DNA of 64,000 bases, from positions 1,240,001 through 1,304,000 of the forward strand of contig CATNEN010000005.1 of the NCBI GenBank assembly GCA_950097015.1. The letters are read 5' to 3'. The position numbers and the translations under genes were made by a program. Source of the DNA: Macrostomum hystrix. Taxonomy: Eukaryota; Animalia; Platyhelminthes. Below, one piece after another: positions 1 through 13,265 of the stretch (within the stretch, counting starts at the first letter, position 1; the number at the start of each line of letters is the position of its first letter). The notes under the pieces are model-generated. The model was not told the origin of the DNA. It did no database searches and saw only the letters and a program-made list of their open reading frames with translations.

Positions 1-104
1 TTATTGATTTCTATTTAACGGAATAAAGAGCCTCAAAATTTCTGGGGTATCGAAGACGCAAAAATTTGTTCACACGACTCATGGTTTAGCCTCCCTATTC
101 TTAG

Positions 105-3100
105 ACGATTTCGACTGCGGTAGCAGCTGCTCCAGTCTGGACGATCGTCTCCAGAAGATGCGTCCGATCAGCTGTTCACCGCAGTTGCGCTCGTTCGATC
201 GACACCGATTCGAGGCACACAACTGGCGCCTGCTGACCATGCGGGCCTATCGCCGGCTCCAGACCACTGTGGACGGGGTCCAGCGCCTTCTAGGCGAATA
301 CGCTAGCAATGCAGCTAGAGATTCAACCAGCATTGCTGCTAGCGGATGGATTACCAGGCCTGAGAACGCAGGGATCACGGCTAGCTTTGGATGCCACGCC
401 AAGCCAGTAAGGAAGAGTTGCAGGCCAAAGACCCAATCCGAGAGACGTCAGAGAGCTTTGACATGGGCGGGATGATAGATAATATCTGATTATGAAACAC
501 GGGAGGGATTATATACAAGCGAGATGAGACAGGGGAGAGATGAGACTAGGGACAGATGAGACACGGGAGAGGTGACACCTCTTCATCTCTCAAGAAAGAG
601 ATTAAATATGGGGGGAGATGAGATATGAGAGCTATTACATACAGGTGAGATAAAACCCAGGAGAGATGATTTGCAGGTCAGATGAGACATGGGAGGGATA
701 AGACAGGGGAGAGATGATATACGGGAGAGAGGAGACTCAAGAGACATGAGGCATGGTAGAAATGAGACATGGGAGGGATGAGAAAATTGTTAATATATAA
801 CACAGGAGACACCCAACAAGCATGAAGAAAGATAGCTCGTATGGGAGTGGCAGTAAAGAAGACTTCTAAGATAGGTGAGAAAAGTTTAAAGGGGCCAGAT
901 GGCTGGTTTCAGCAGCCTTATTCACGCAAAAGACAGAGCATCAAAGTCACAGTATGAAGTTATGAAATCACAATAAAATTTGTCTTGATCTTAGTTATAA
1001 TACCAGAACTAAAACAAAAAAAGCGTTCATCGCTCCGAATTATTGAAAGTAAATAAATGATTTGATATCGATTACATAAAAAAATTGCACACAACGTGAC
1101 GTCATTTTTTTCCAAATAAGTTTTTAATAATGAGTTTCATGTGATTTTGTAACTGTTAATGAAGGAATCGTCCTCTGACTTTCAACCACAGGTGCTAACA
1201 ATTTGTGGAGCACCCAACAGCGGTAAATCCACTCTAATCAACTGCCTACTGGGCTGTAGAGTTCTGCCCACCCGCTTTGGCCAGGACGACAAAGGCCTCA
1301 TTCGCCTAGTGTACTCCTCCAGATTCTTTGTCAGATATCGAGACCTTGAGCAGTCCGGCAGCTCTGGGGCGTCGTCTGATTTGGCCAAAATCATCCGCAA
1401 CTTCACTCATCGTAGAATGACAGAAGAGGAGCGTCAGGAGTGGATTTCGCTGAAGGACAACTGCTGTTTGGAGATCGGCGTCGACTGTCCGCTACTTCAG
1501 AGCGGCTTCTCCATCGTGGAGGTGCCCGAGTGCGTGCGCGAGGACTTCCTGCTATCCGTACTGAACCAGCAGGAGCATTCACTCTACCAGACTCTGGTGT
1601 TTGTGCTGGACGGCATGAACGGAATATCACAGATGGTGAGCAATCAGCAATCAGTGCTTTTGCTGTGCACAGGGAATGTCGAACCACACCCACCCTCAAA
1701 TACCCAAACTAATGCTGGAACCATGCATTTAACAGCTTGGGTGAATCGAAGCAATGTACAGTTGAGTGTCTTGCTAAAAGACACAATCGTTCAAATGGAG
1801 TCCGGAACTGAACCTTGCCTTTCAAATCGCCAGTCCAATGCCCTTTACCACGAGGCTACCAGCAATATATAATCTTTTTGTATTGACTTATGTTACACCC
1901 CTTTCTTATAAAAAGAAAAGTAACAATGTGACGTTTTAAAAATAACAGAAACAAGAACTTTCAAATATGACCGGTAAACTACAAAAAGCTGGACTTTGCT
2001 TAAGCTTCATATTCACGGCAGTTTGATTTTTTGCTCGTTTAGCTCATGAAACTAATAATACCAGGTTTTATCTGGTAAAATCGAAAAATTTATTGTATAT
2101 TTTCCCCTCTTCTAACGATTGGGCAGGTAGGGACTGTACGCTTCTTCCCAAGTGCATGAACTTCGACTTTTGATATTGTTGATCAGGCTTCTCAGCAGAT
2201 CTGAAGCAAGAGAGCCACTTCAGCGCTGCTCAGAGCCCTCTGAGACACTCCGAAGCATTTCATGCAGCCCTGGAACACTCGGTTGTGCGTGGCAGAGCGA
2301 GTGGTCGCTCCGATCTGCACCATGTTGCCAAAGTTCGCACACGATGTCACGGCCACTGAAGAGCCACTGCTGGCAAGAGTTCCGTTCACGTAGATCCAGA
2401 AGGCCGGTGTGTTTCTGTTGTACACTGCAGCGATGTGAGTCCAACCACTGGCAGTGTCAGTGGGTCCAGGCACTGTGAGCCGAGACACAGGGGATTCGAC
2501 TGTGAGCTTAATATCAGTGCTAGCAGGATGCAGCCAGAGTCGAGTAAAATGTCCATCTGGCATCGTCAGGCCTTCGAAAAGAGGCATGGCGCCTCGGGAT
2601 TGGTTGGACACCTGCACCCACACAGAAAACGTGAAGCTCGTGAGACACTCTGAAGCCAGCTGGTCGATGTTGAATCGCTCATTCACACCGAACTGACCAG
2701 TGAAGTTGACCGCACTGTCCGTGTACTGCATGGCCATGTTCTCCTGCAGGTCGAGATGGCCGCTGTTCGAGGCCACATTGCGGCTGCGAGTGGCGTTGCT
2801 CATGGGCCAGAAGGCGACGAGGCTGAGCTGACGCAGGACGCTCCACACCTCGCAGTCGGTGTCGTTCGAGAGTCGCACAGTTTGCACGCTGTCCGACACG
2901 TTGCAGACGCCTGTGCGGTAGCTCCAGCCGATGCAGAGACGGAGCTGAGAGCACAGGAAGGCGCACGAGCGAGCGCTTGAGGCCGTCAGCAGGTGTTGGG
3001 GAGTCTGAGCGACCACGCAGCCACCGACTGACACGTCTCGATGTACTTCGACCCTGCCTCCTTGTGTCAAAAGGGGCAGTAAAAGCGTTATGTACCAATG

Positions 3101-6100
3101 GAACATTTAGTAGAAGCCAAAGTTTTCTTGCAGAGCACTATGATTATTTTTGTGAATCAGAAGCCCGTATAACTGATACATTTTAGAAAGAAACTCATTA
3201 TTTTGCTTTTTTATAAACTTTCCCTTCCAGTCGAGGAGGGGATTGCGTTGAGTTTTTTTAATAAACAAGACCAGCTTCAATCTGCTTGGCAAGAACTTAT
3301 TTTTAGCTTTCTAGCTTTCTAGCATGTCAGGCTTGATTCGTGTCAGTTTGATAACAGCTCCAAAACTATTAACGACGTCCAGGACGTTTTAGCTAGAGTT
3401 TAAAAAAATGCAGCTCTAGTCACTCTTTATCCTGCTTTGTTTGAGTAATGCACGAATAGTGTTGGAGCTGGAATTTTTTCTAAAATGCTGTTTGGCTATT
3501 TGCTGTTTACATTGATGTTTGGTTGACTTACACGGCAAACCATGGATCAAATTCAGTGAGTTTGTCGCAATGTATCTATTCTCGTACCATGTCACGGTTA
3601 AAAGATAGCTTAATAAGCAATTTGCATAGTCGTTTTATGCGGCTGTAAATTACATTGTTTTTATAAAGAATATTTCTCGACAGGTAAGCTGTTAAATATG
3701 CTCGTGCAGCTCGAGCAATGAAAAAGTTTATTAGGTATGCGATCGTGCTTTTTATTTCAGTTAAAAAAACTCCGGAAAAAACAAAAGTGCAAAAGATGCG
3801 TTTTGCCACAAACTGAAACCATCTGTCGCTCAACAAAAAAGCGAAAAAATTCTAGGTTTTCGTTACAATCGCTTATCTATCTGAGAATATAGAATGGAAA
3901 TATAAATTACAACTAACCGGCCACACCCATCCCAATTAAATTTTCTACCCCTTTGACAGCTAGGAATGCCGAACCCCTGAATTACGTGGCCTGATTCGAA
4001 CTCCCGACTCATAAATGATACAAAAAACACTTTTTCTCAGGTGCGTGAGTTTCTGCTCCGACTGAAAAACCAGTGCATGAACCTCAGCATCCTGTACGTC
4101 ATCAATAAGATCGATTTCAACCCGGAGGCTTTGAAAAAGGACGGAGCAGAGCCGGGTTCCGATTCTGACGATGAGCTCGACAGTTGCGAGGAAGACGACG
4201 GGGACGAAGCTCTGCGCCGCCTTTTTCCGAAGGGTCGAGCACTTGAGGAGAACAACGCCAAGCGCGCTTTGAACATCCTGACAAAGACATTAGGAGTTCA
4301 AGGACTACATGATCTTCAGGACAGGGCTGTTCTCGTGTCGTTGCTTCGATGGAATACGCCGTTAAAGGAGGTCAGCACAGAGATTGTCGAGAGAAACCTG
4401 CTGTACAAGCAGCGCTACAAGGACCTAGAAGCGGAGCTGGATGGCATGCTGCGCGCCAGAGAGATCGGCGTGTTTCATCTGTCAGCCGAAATGCTGCGGA
4501 CTGCGTCAATGCGTTTGTATCGAACCTTCACCGCAGGCCACCGGCTGCTGCATCCGGAGGGTCAGCTGAACAACCAAGAGGCACTGAACCTGTTGACTCG
4601 GGAGACTAAGAAAATCTTTAGCGAAGTCTGGCAGTACATGAAAGACAAGCGCCGGTGCTTTCAGTTTACAGTCTTTGAGGTTCACCGCCGAGAAAGACAG
4701 GATATTATCGATTGGTGCGTTGATCAGTCGATGACAGACGATGGCTCCATCGATGGTGCCGACACAAGGGAGCGAACCTCGCAGTTGGTTCAAGACCTTG
4801 TTGTGCGGCGTCTCCAGAGTCGCTTTGAGGAGTTACTGCGGGCTCCTCTTCAGGTGAGCATGTCCATTGGCAGTTTTAAAAGTGAAAAAAACAATGCATT
4901 CGTTTTCGATCGCTCCATTTAACCAGGACATCCGTCAAAGCCTCCTAGAAAAATTAAGTGAACTTCAAGCACGAATCTGCAGCCTGAGCTACTGTCAGCA
5001 CACGGTGCAGATGCTCGGACAATCCGTTGCCGATAAGGCTTCGCACGGCATCAGCCAGCTGGCCCAACTGACCCTCACCGTCCAAATCCGACGAAGGCCG
5101 ACGCGCCTGTTAAGCGTTGTTCGGTTCTTCCGACTGGCTCGTCCAGCTACTGGCAAAGATTCCACTTCGACTGGACGCAATCTGGTGCGCTCCCTGGCCG
5201 AGTCTAGCTATGATTCCATCGAGGTTAGCTGGATGACGCAGAGACTGTTTCACGAAGCCGAGGACCGTCTGCGCCAGACGGAGGCAACGATAATGGGCAT
5301 TGTAACAAGCCGGCTGCAGCACAATAGCGGACTGCAGAAGCTACTCGCTAGGTTAGTTCTATGAAGATTATATTTGTGGGGAGCTACAATTTGTGCCCTC
5401 TGGCAAGAAACTTTATTCCGTAGTGCTTCAGTTACAGCTGCGAAATGGGTACTAGCATTAGCATGAGTTAGAAATTTTGGATGGTGTAGCGGTCTCCTCA
5501 GTCCATAGACTGAACAAGCTGTACACAGCCTTCGGAAGCGCCAGGCAATAGCTGCGGCTATGACACTTCTGGCCCAACTGGCTAAGGAGTAGCTGTAGGA
5601 AAATCCATCTACAAGACCCGAAATACCTATACACCCTGCGCATCTATTTTTCCACCGTACATGCCTAATCAATCGCCAGATCTGTACCAGAGGCTCTCCG
5701 TCTGTGGCAGGACGCGCAGATCTGTGTCGCTGCCGCCGACGGTCTGGCCAACGTCGCCAGACACGGACCACTGCACCTAGAGACAAATTATGAGCCAATG
5801 AGCTCTAGCGACGCAGGAGGTAAATTACGAGTAGAATCTGGCTGCATTGCAAGCTCACCCAATATTTCGAGCTAATTCAGCAATTCAGCACGGAAATCCA
5901 CCTGTTGTTAACAATTTTTCCATTCGATCCATTCATTCAGACGCTTCTCAGTTCAAACTGGGTCCACGCTATCGTTTAGCCGGGCCCTACGCAGGGTTCG
6001 CTGCTCACGACCTGGTGGCAACAATTACCAGTCTTTGGGACCATGGCAACCAGCCCGACGAAGGCTGCCTTAACTACGACGACGAGGCTAGTCTGGCCCG

Positions 6101-9100
6101 ATGGCGATCAGGTCTTGGCGGGCTGTTGAATCACCTGCTAATTGCTGACACGTCGACAAACCGAATCGGCGCAACTTCGAATCAGCATCGCTGGCGGTAC
6201 CTGGCCATGAGTCGATTATTAACCTTCAACGAAACTGGCCAGCTGTGCTCTCTCCACCAGCCCATCGGGCTGCCAATCGATCGCCTGCTGCCTGAATCAG
6301 TTAAACTCACTGATTTGCAGGTATTGCAGCTTCATTTTTCCTTTTAAAGCAGTTTTTGTCGCAGAGTTCATTAGCAGCACAAATGTTCTCAGTTTAACGA
6401 TGACTTTGTCAAAAGCTCTGAACGCTCTAACATTTCAGACGTGCGAACTCGTGGACGGAATGTGCGGTGCCTTTGCCCAACTGGCGGACTCCCTTCCCAC
6501 CTTCGCCTGGCAGTTGGACTTTGCCAAATTTAAGGTAATGTTTCACTAACATTTGTCGCATGGGTTTTCGATTCAAAGTGCTGTCTGTGCTATTTGCTCG
6601 TAACCGATCTGTCAACCGATGTACAATGTGTTTGATCCATTCAGTTCAGATAGAAAAATTAATAATGAAAATTATAATTTATTTCATCTGCCCTAATCAG
6701 GCCAGATGTGCAGCCGAAAGCAAAGCCGCAGCTATAGCAGAATATTTATTTCGCAACTTGAAAACCGAAATAAAGTCTCATCTATCCCTTGTCTTCTTCT
6801 TTGTCTCATCTCTCCCCATCTCATCTATCACAACTGTCTCATCTCTGCACTTTATAAATCCCCCAGCCTATTTTAAATTTTAAGGACTGAAATTTGACAG
6901 ATTTACTCCATCACAAACACAGGTAACGGTATCGCCCAGCAACAGTCGGGTATCTGTTGTCTACAGCCTACTGGATGATCCAATCGACATCACCTGCTCT
7001 GGCAGCCCTCAGTTTTCAACTCTGACATCATCTGCAGCTGCCCTCATTCGAGGCGGCCGGCATCACCAGCTACTGGACTGGGCCTTGGCCTTCCTCTTGA
7101 AGCCTTCAGTTGGCGCAAGCAGTCCGACTGCACCGGAAGGGAAGCAGGAGGACCTTAGGAACCTCCTCGTTGAATTGGGAAATGCTACGTCGGCAAAGGC
7201 GTTGGCGGAAAAACGAGAACGCCTAAAGGAGATGGCGTTGTGCAGAGGTCGCCGACTTGCGATGGCAGCTAGTGCGCTGTACCAACGCACCCAACAGGAC
7301 GATCTTATTCAGGTGAGATATTTATCAAAAACACAACAGAAGGGGGTGAGTGGCAGAGCGGTCTAACGCGTTCGCCTCTTGCACCGTGGTCCCTGAGCTC
7401 GATTACGCGGCGAGGCCACATTTATTTGGGGCGCAGCCGCGGAGAGAAGGCTTGGGGCTTGTAGTGAAATTTACGCCCTTGACGGCTAACCTCCAAGACG
7501 CGGTGAAGGGTACACTGTCTGGCGATTAGAAAGTCAGGGCATATGTGCGCACCTGTGGGAGCGTATACCTGCGTATGGTATCTGTATGCGTGTGTTTAGG
7601 AGTTTGCAAAACCTCGCTGACGCGGCTGGTATAAAAATAATGTGCGATTGCCCGTAAGCCCCTTCTGCAATTATTATTATTGTTATTTCTTTATAACCCA
7701 ATAGCAACTATTAATTATATTGTACTCCATTCAATGCAAAAGAATATTCTCCTCTAGTCATAAGAGAATCAGACAAGCGGTCACTCCGAAAAAAGCACAA
7801 TCTTTGTTCATGCCAACAGGAGCTACGACTGCTAGTCCGTCGTGAACTCTCGACCCTTCGTAGCGGCGTCTCCAAGGATCAAACTAGGTCGAGCACCTCC
7901 ACAACGTCAGGCTTGACTGTACCTGATGCTAGGCGAAGTCAACTAGGGCGATGGGTCCGATTCAATCGGCGAATGCGCGCCGTCAGAGAGCGAGCCCTGA
8001 CCTGGGCTGATTGGCTAGATGAGTCAGTTCCTAGCGTGGCTCGAGGCGATCAGTATCCGCCGCCGCCGGAGACGCTGTTACCACCTTCTCGCGTACTTTG
8101 TACTTCATTGCTTAGCGGAGTGGATGGTGCTAACTCTGGGTCTGCTGCGGTATCAACTTCTCTGGTACGACGTTTGTGCTATTGTCTAAAAATTACTAGC
8201 CTCCAATAGGTACTGCACAAGATAAGATCAAGGACCACTATTGTAAGAGATCTCAAACTTACGTCGCATACTCGTACAGAAGGTCTAACACCTTCAACTG
8301 AGAGAAATTGAGACAGTAAAGGTAAACCTAACTCAGTTGGGTTAAATGCACCTTTAGAAAAAAGGCCAGAGCCATTGTGCAGCACTTTCAAGGCTGTGTA
8401 CGGTGGTTGACTTCACGTATTGGGGCGCCGCAACAAGCTACATTTTCAGCTCAGCTACTCTGATATCCATTTTAAAGCTGGTTGGAACTAAAGCAACAGG
8501 AACTTAAGTATATTTATCAAGGACACAATTTTTTGTGCTAAAACAAAAAAGATGGCCAGTTTGAGCAAGTTAGCAAAAAGTGCTTCAAGCGAGAAATATG
8601 TATTTGAAGGGATTGAATCGATATAGTGTTGATGCGGGCAAACTAGGTACACAAGGTATGGCACTAACAATTCAGAATATAAAGGTGGCACAGCATTCAG
8701 CACAAGAGACCGACACCAATCTTTTATTTTACACAGCCAAAGGAAAGCAAATCACTGGTGTTGGTAGTCACTGCCTGCTCGCGTCGATTGCAATTCGCTG
8801 CAGTCAATCGACTGCTAAGACAGCGAGTGCTGCCACCAACTGACGAATTTGCCAATAACAGACAATGCCTGGGCGTAATCAAGCTGGACTACTCGGAAAG
8901 CCAGCGCATCGATTTGAATCGACGCGATCGACCTTACTATTTGCCATTGAGGGCGGCGGCTGGACCCGATGGTCGAGACGATGTCGACGTGGCCGAACAG
9001 GTCGCTCGTTTCATAGAATCGCTTCCCGATGACACAGCGACTGCCTGGACAGGTCTAGCCTCGAACTGGCTGAGCGTGCAGGTCGACAATCCCGTGCTGC

Positions 9101-12100
9101 GGACGGGATTCACACTGCTGGCACCGCCTGAGCAGCTAATTCGGCTGGGGCGGTACGAGCAGTTGCAGCTTGTCAATCCGACAGCGGTACTCTGTGTAAC
9201 CGAGGAGCCCCCCACTGTCAGCGTGAGTACAATTCCGAGCATTCAGTTGAAATAGGCAAATATGTCGAGAATGAGCCAGGGAGCATAGAACTACTGGTTT
9301 AAAATCTGTCCCAGTGGCCAAATTTTATTACCAGAAGATATACTCAGTGTATTTTTCTTCTGGGGTATTTCAAATTCCCACTGCCTACTTCACGACAGCT
9401 CCCAAACCGTTGACCGATTTTCATGAAATTCCCCTCTCTCAATCCAAATGTTCTGCCTTTTACGAAAAAATGTTTAAGGCATCTGAGTCAGCATCGTCGA
9501 GACATTCAGCAATTCTTGTCGAAGACCCTCTTGACAAGGACAACTTACATCGCTCTGTACCAACCCTCTATGGTGAATCCGTATTCGTTCGAATACGGAG
9601 TCTTAGAAAATGGGACAATTTACTATTTAATCAATCTAAAATAGACAACAATGGTAGCGACAATTATTATGAGGAAATTTCGTGATCGGAAAAAGTAAGC
9701 CTATATTTGTGGTTTTTGCCACCTGAAACGACGAGAATCGTTGAATATCTCGACGATCCCGATGTTTTGCGATCATGGAAAGTTTTAGCCCGTGTCCTGG
9801 ATTTCATGGCCATTAGTTGAATATTTTATTAGATACAAAAAATGCGGGTGTTTTAAATACCCATGTCGTCTTTCAGCTATTAAAAGTAGATACATTCGGA
9901 GTGGCACTGGCAGAAATATTTTGAACGTTAGGGGAGAAAACTTCTGCCAAAACTGTATTTTTAATACTTCAAATAAATAATCGAAACTTACACAGGAACT
10001 ACATCACCTGCTGTCCTTGCAAATGAATCTACCAAGTCTGCCTATACTAGCAATTCACTGCAAATCGAACGCAAGTCCAGTTTTCACGGATTCGGGCTCA
10101 CCGCTGCCGCTATCCAGTACACTGCCATCGACACCGCTTTCAGCAACACCCAGGCTTCGTAAACCCCGATATCGCCTGTCGCACTTCTCAATCTCGATTG
10201 ACTCAGAAGAAGATACAATCAGCCCTGGCTCTATCGTCAGCGAGACGCAGCTTCTACTGGACAAGCGACTGGACACCAGAAGGATTCGCCGACTTGTCTT
10301 GCCGGTATCATCAGTCGTTGGTGGCTTTGGAAACGACGAGGGCAGCGTCAGCGATGCAAGTGACACACTCAATGCAGACTGTTTTGACTATTCAGAGGAA
10401 GCAGATGATTCCAGCCCAGATATTCGTCTTGAAGACGCAGTGGCAGAACTATTGGAAATTGCCGATAAATCAGACTCGGAGAGGAGTCTACTCAGACTGG
10501 AGTCAATCACGTCGCGGCTACTGGAGTGCTTGGTTCGAAACTTACTATAAATTTTCCCTGAACTTAGAGATTCTAAAATCCTAGCTGAGACTCATAAACC
10601 GACACTAATCTTAACTATTACAGATTCAGCCAGCATGCAGTGAGTCGTCCGACTCACTGGCAGTTAGTGTAGACCGATTGAAGGCCCGGGTCGCAGCTGA
10701 GTTTGCTGAGGCGAGCGGTCGATTAGAGAACGAAATTAAAGCCAGTTTGAAGGAGCATCTGTCTGCGGAATTGGCCACAATATCTCCGCTAGTTGTGGAT
10801 GAATGCGGTAGAATACAACTGGACGATCAAAAGCATCAGCATCAGGCACCGACACAGCATCAGCAGCAGAGACGCTTGGGCCAGGTACCTTAAGACGTTT
10901 TGATTTTCGCTATGTTTACTCTTAAAAGGCTCAACACTATTCTTTCTAAAAGTTAGCTTCTTGTGTTTAAAAGCTTGATTGTCAGAGTAGTAACAGGTGA
11001 AGGTCAGGCCTTGGCATCAAGTGGTTTTTCATAGGATTCTTAGCGATATGCTTGCACTGCCATCCGTCTTCCAATTTAATAACAATTTCAACCCGAACCA
11101 GTCTCATTTCAGTCCTGGTAATACAGAAACAAAGTCCCGTCGGGATGCTGTGTGTCGGTCTCAAATCGAGGCATGTGTGCTCAGCTCCTGCTCTGTCGTG
11201 TTCCAACGCGCCTGCAGTGTGCTTGCTGATACCTGCTCTCGTCGTTTAGCCGAACGGCTTCTGCCCAGCAGCGGAGGCGCGCCTGCGGTACTTCTTGGTG
11301 CCCTGTCACACGAGCGGCTGCATCGTGTGCTGAGTTTGTACATCAGCGGGGAGGATTTTGATGTCGCTCCACTGCGTTGGCAGGAAGTGAAACCCGGAGC
11401 TGACACATGTCTTCAACTGAGCATTGGAAATGCAAGTCTTAAGGAAACAAACTCTATAGTGCCAAGATTTTTCGTAATCATTTCGTAGTCTAAAATTGAG
11501 AGCTCAACACCCTCTTCGTATTTTTATTAGGACTGGAAGACACTGACTGCCACGGAGACCCTAACCTCTGTGGATGTTCCTTCAAGTGCTAAACACATTC
11601 TGGAGCAACTTAGCAACCGACTCCAAGCTGCCAAGATGGCTGTTCTAGATCTGATTAACGACAAGCTACAATTTTGTCGCCAACTGCAGAAATTGCTGGC
11701 CAAATCGGCTCCCGATGCGACTCGCCTTTGGCAGGATGCGCAGCTGTGCGCTGCGGCGGCTGACGCGCTGTCGTCTGTAGCGGAACATGGGGCGCTGAAG
11801 CTATCAGACGATGGAGAGCAGCTTGGCGAAGACCAGCTTGGCCCGCGGTACCGTCTTGACGCATCGTACGCAGGATTCAATGGCCGAAACGATTTTGCTT
11901 GCGTCACAGTTACCTGTCTTTGGGATTGCGGCAACGGGGCAGACGCGTGTGGAGGGTCGGACGTGGACGAGGCGGCGATCAACCGTTGGCGCTCTGGCCT
12001 GGGCGGCTTGTTGAACCACCGGCTGCTCAAAAGTTGCTTTTGCGTCGGAAATCTGGCCGTGACGAGACTGTTGACATTCAACGATCGGGCCAGGCTATGC

Positions 12101-13265
12101 GCCATTCACACTCCATTGGGTAAATCACTGGCCAATGTATTGACCGATTCCAAGAATCCGCTCACTGATGTCCGGGCCTGCGAGATTGTCGATGGACTAT
12201 GTGGCGCGTTCGCTCAGCTCACAGAGCTTCTGCCCGTATACACATGGAGCTTCGATCATTCAAATCTCAGTGTAAGAGCAGATCGCAAGCTGTGACCGTG
12301 TACGCTTAGAATTATAATAATTGTTCCAGGAGGGTTGCGGGCAATGGCACATCATCTATTGACACTTGATCTGCAGCCAGCGAGGAGGCAATGCTGCCCA
12401 TTTCGCTGACTCATGAGCACACAAGTATACAGATACTTTACACAGGAACTCGCTCACACAGGTGTACATCTGCCCTGAATTTCTCATCGTCCTGCAGTGT
12501 GTACTTTCACTGTGACTTAGAGGTTAGCCCTCAAGGGCGTCGATAGCACGACAAGCCCCACAAACCTTTTCTCCGCGGCTGCGCCCCAAATGAATTTGGC
12601 CTCGCCTCGACCCTTAATATTATATTATTATGAGGACGGTATGCGCTCTCATATTATATGCAGGCATTAGACTCAATGCCAGCAAGATGCAATTCTACAC
12701 ATTCCATTGACTCCTGAGCACACATGCACACTGATACCGTATGCAGACACAGGGACAGAGGTTGGTGCATCTGCCTTTCATCATCAAGCATAGTGTACAC
12801 TACACTACACATTCCGCTTAACTCCAACAGGTCAGGGTCGATTGCACTAAGTCGCCCACAATGCATCTTCTGTTCGATCTCCTGCATCAGCCAGCGATTA
12901 ACTTTAAGGCGCTCGCCAGTAAGCAAAAACGCACGATGCTGAAACACCAGGAGGCCAGCTCATTGCACTGCAACCAGCAACACCTGGCCCTTCTGGATCT
13001 CAGCCTACTGGTGCTCATGACGCCTAGCTACATGACTGATTGCCAACAGCTTCTGGGCATGGACGACGTAAAGACTAGGCGAGCTCGACTGAAGAATCTC
13101 GCTAAAGCTGATATTAACAAGAAGGCCGTTGAATCTAGCTTCCTATTGAAGCGGCTGTTGAGCTTCTACCAGGAAAAACCCAACGAAGTGTGCGCTTCCA
13201 TTGCGGCAGCGGTGCGGAGGGAACTGTCCTACCGGCGGAGTTGCGGCGACGGGTCATCAAAGTGA
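105..13265 (+). CDS. Large multi-exon protein, 5' partial: two tandem copies of a dynamin-like GTPase / helical region / kinase-like domain module (DSTYK-like architecture)
   Basis: Phase-compatible GT-AG exons at about 105-406, 1192-1635, 4041-4853, 4927-5351, 5680-5819, 5941-6320, 6439-6534, 6923-7312, 7820-8164, 8737-9222, 9996-10532, 10624-10884, 10997-11386, 11531-12271 and 12831-13265 (stop). Module 1 has the P-loop GAPNSGKS, LINCLLGCRVLP and a G4-like NKID. Internal homology is seen directly: RLWQDAQ, LGPRYRL, RWRSGLGGLLNH, RLLTFN, CE(L/I)VDG(M/L)CGAF and VRRELS each occur twice. The donors at 8164, 10532 and 11386 are less certain. Confidence 0.75.
490..800 (-). repeat. Degenerate TCTCATCTCTCCC(C/G)TG-family minisatellite (also at about 6770-6850, 31370-31540, 32090-32530 and 63536-64000)
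   Basis: Recurring GAGATGAGAC/GTCTCATCTC units. Confidence 0.85.
2192..3106 (-). CDS. Intronless secreted protein with signal peptide, PAN/apple-like domain and LamG/concanavalin-A-like domain, nested antisense in intron 1636-4040
   Basis: 304-aa ATG-initiated ORF with a hydrophobic N-terminus (MFHWYITLLLPLL). The spacing CAFLCSQLRLCIGWSYRTGVC is PAN-like. The motifs FWPM, SFTFSVWV, WTHIAAVY, IYVNG and RALSSAEV are typical of Laminin_G_3. Confidence 0.8.
   Translation of the reverse strand: MFHWYITLLLPLLTQGGRVEVHRDVSVGGCVVAQTPQHLLTASSARSCAFLCSQLRLCIGWSYRTGVCNVSDSVQTVRLSNDTDCEVWSVLRQLSLVAFWPMSNATRSRNVASNSGHLDLQENMAMQYTDSAVNFTGQFGVNERFNIDQLASECLTSFTFSVWVQVSNQSRGAMPLFEGLTMPDGHFTRLWLHPASTDIKLTVESPVSRLTVPGPTDTASGWTHIAAVYNRNTPAFWIYVNGTLASSGSSVAVTSCANFGNMVQIGATTRSATHNRVFQGCMKCFGVSQRALSSAEVALLLQIC
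7345..7685 (+). mobile_element. SINE family A, diverged
   Basis: GTGGCAGAGCGG head, GGGGCGCAGCCGCGGAGAGAAGG body and ATTATT tail. Confidence 0.8.
12312..12800 (-). mobile_element. SINE family A copy plus an adjacent degenerate partial copy
   Basis: Reverse complement of the family core (GCAGCCAGCGAGGAGGC, CTCCGCGGCTGCGCCCC) at 12312-12615, with a second remnant at about 12650-12800. Confidence 0.75.

Noticed and set aside
5250-5798. Antisense ORFs over GC-rich exons (also 11527-12105, 61201-61692, 61761-62411)
   Set aside because: These are shadows of real coding exons or TE sequence on the opposite strand, with no independent motifs.
9314-9685. 123-aa ORF in an intron of the GTPase gene
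   Set aside because: It has a GTG start, is AT-rich, has no recognisable motif, and is not needed for phase continuity between exons 9222 and 9996.
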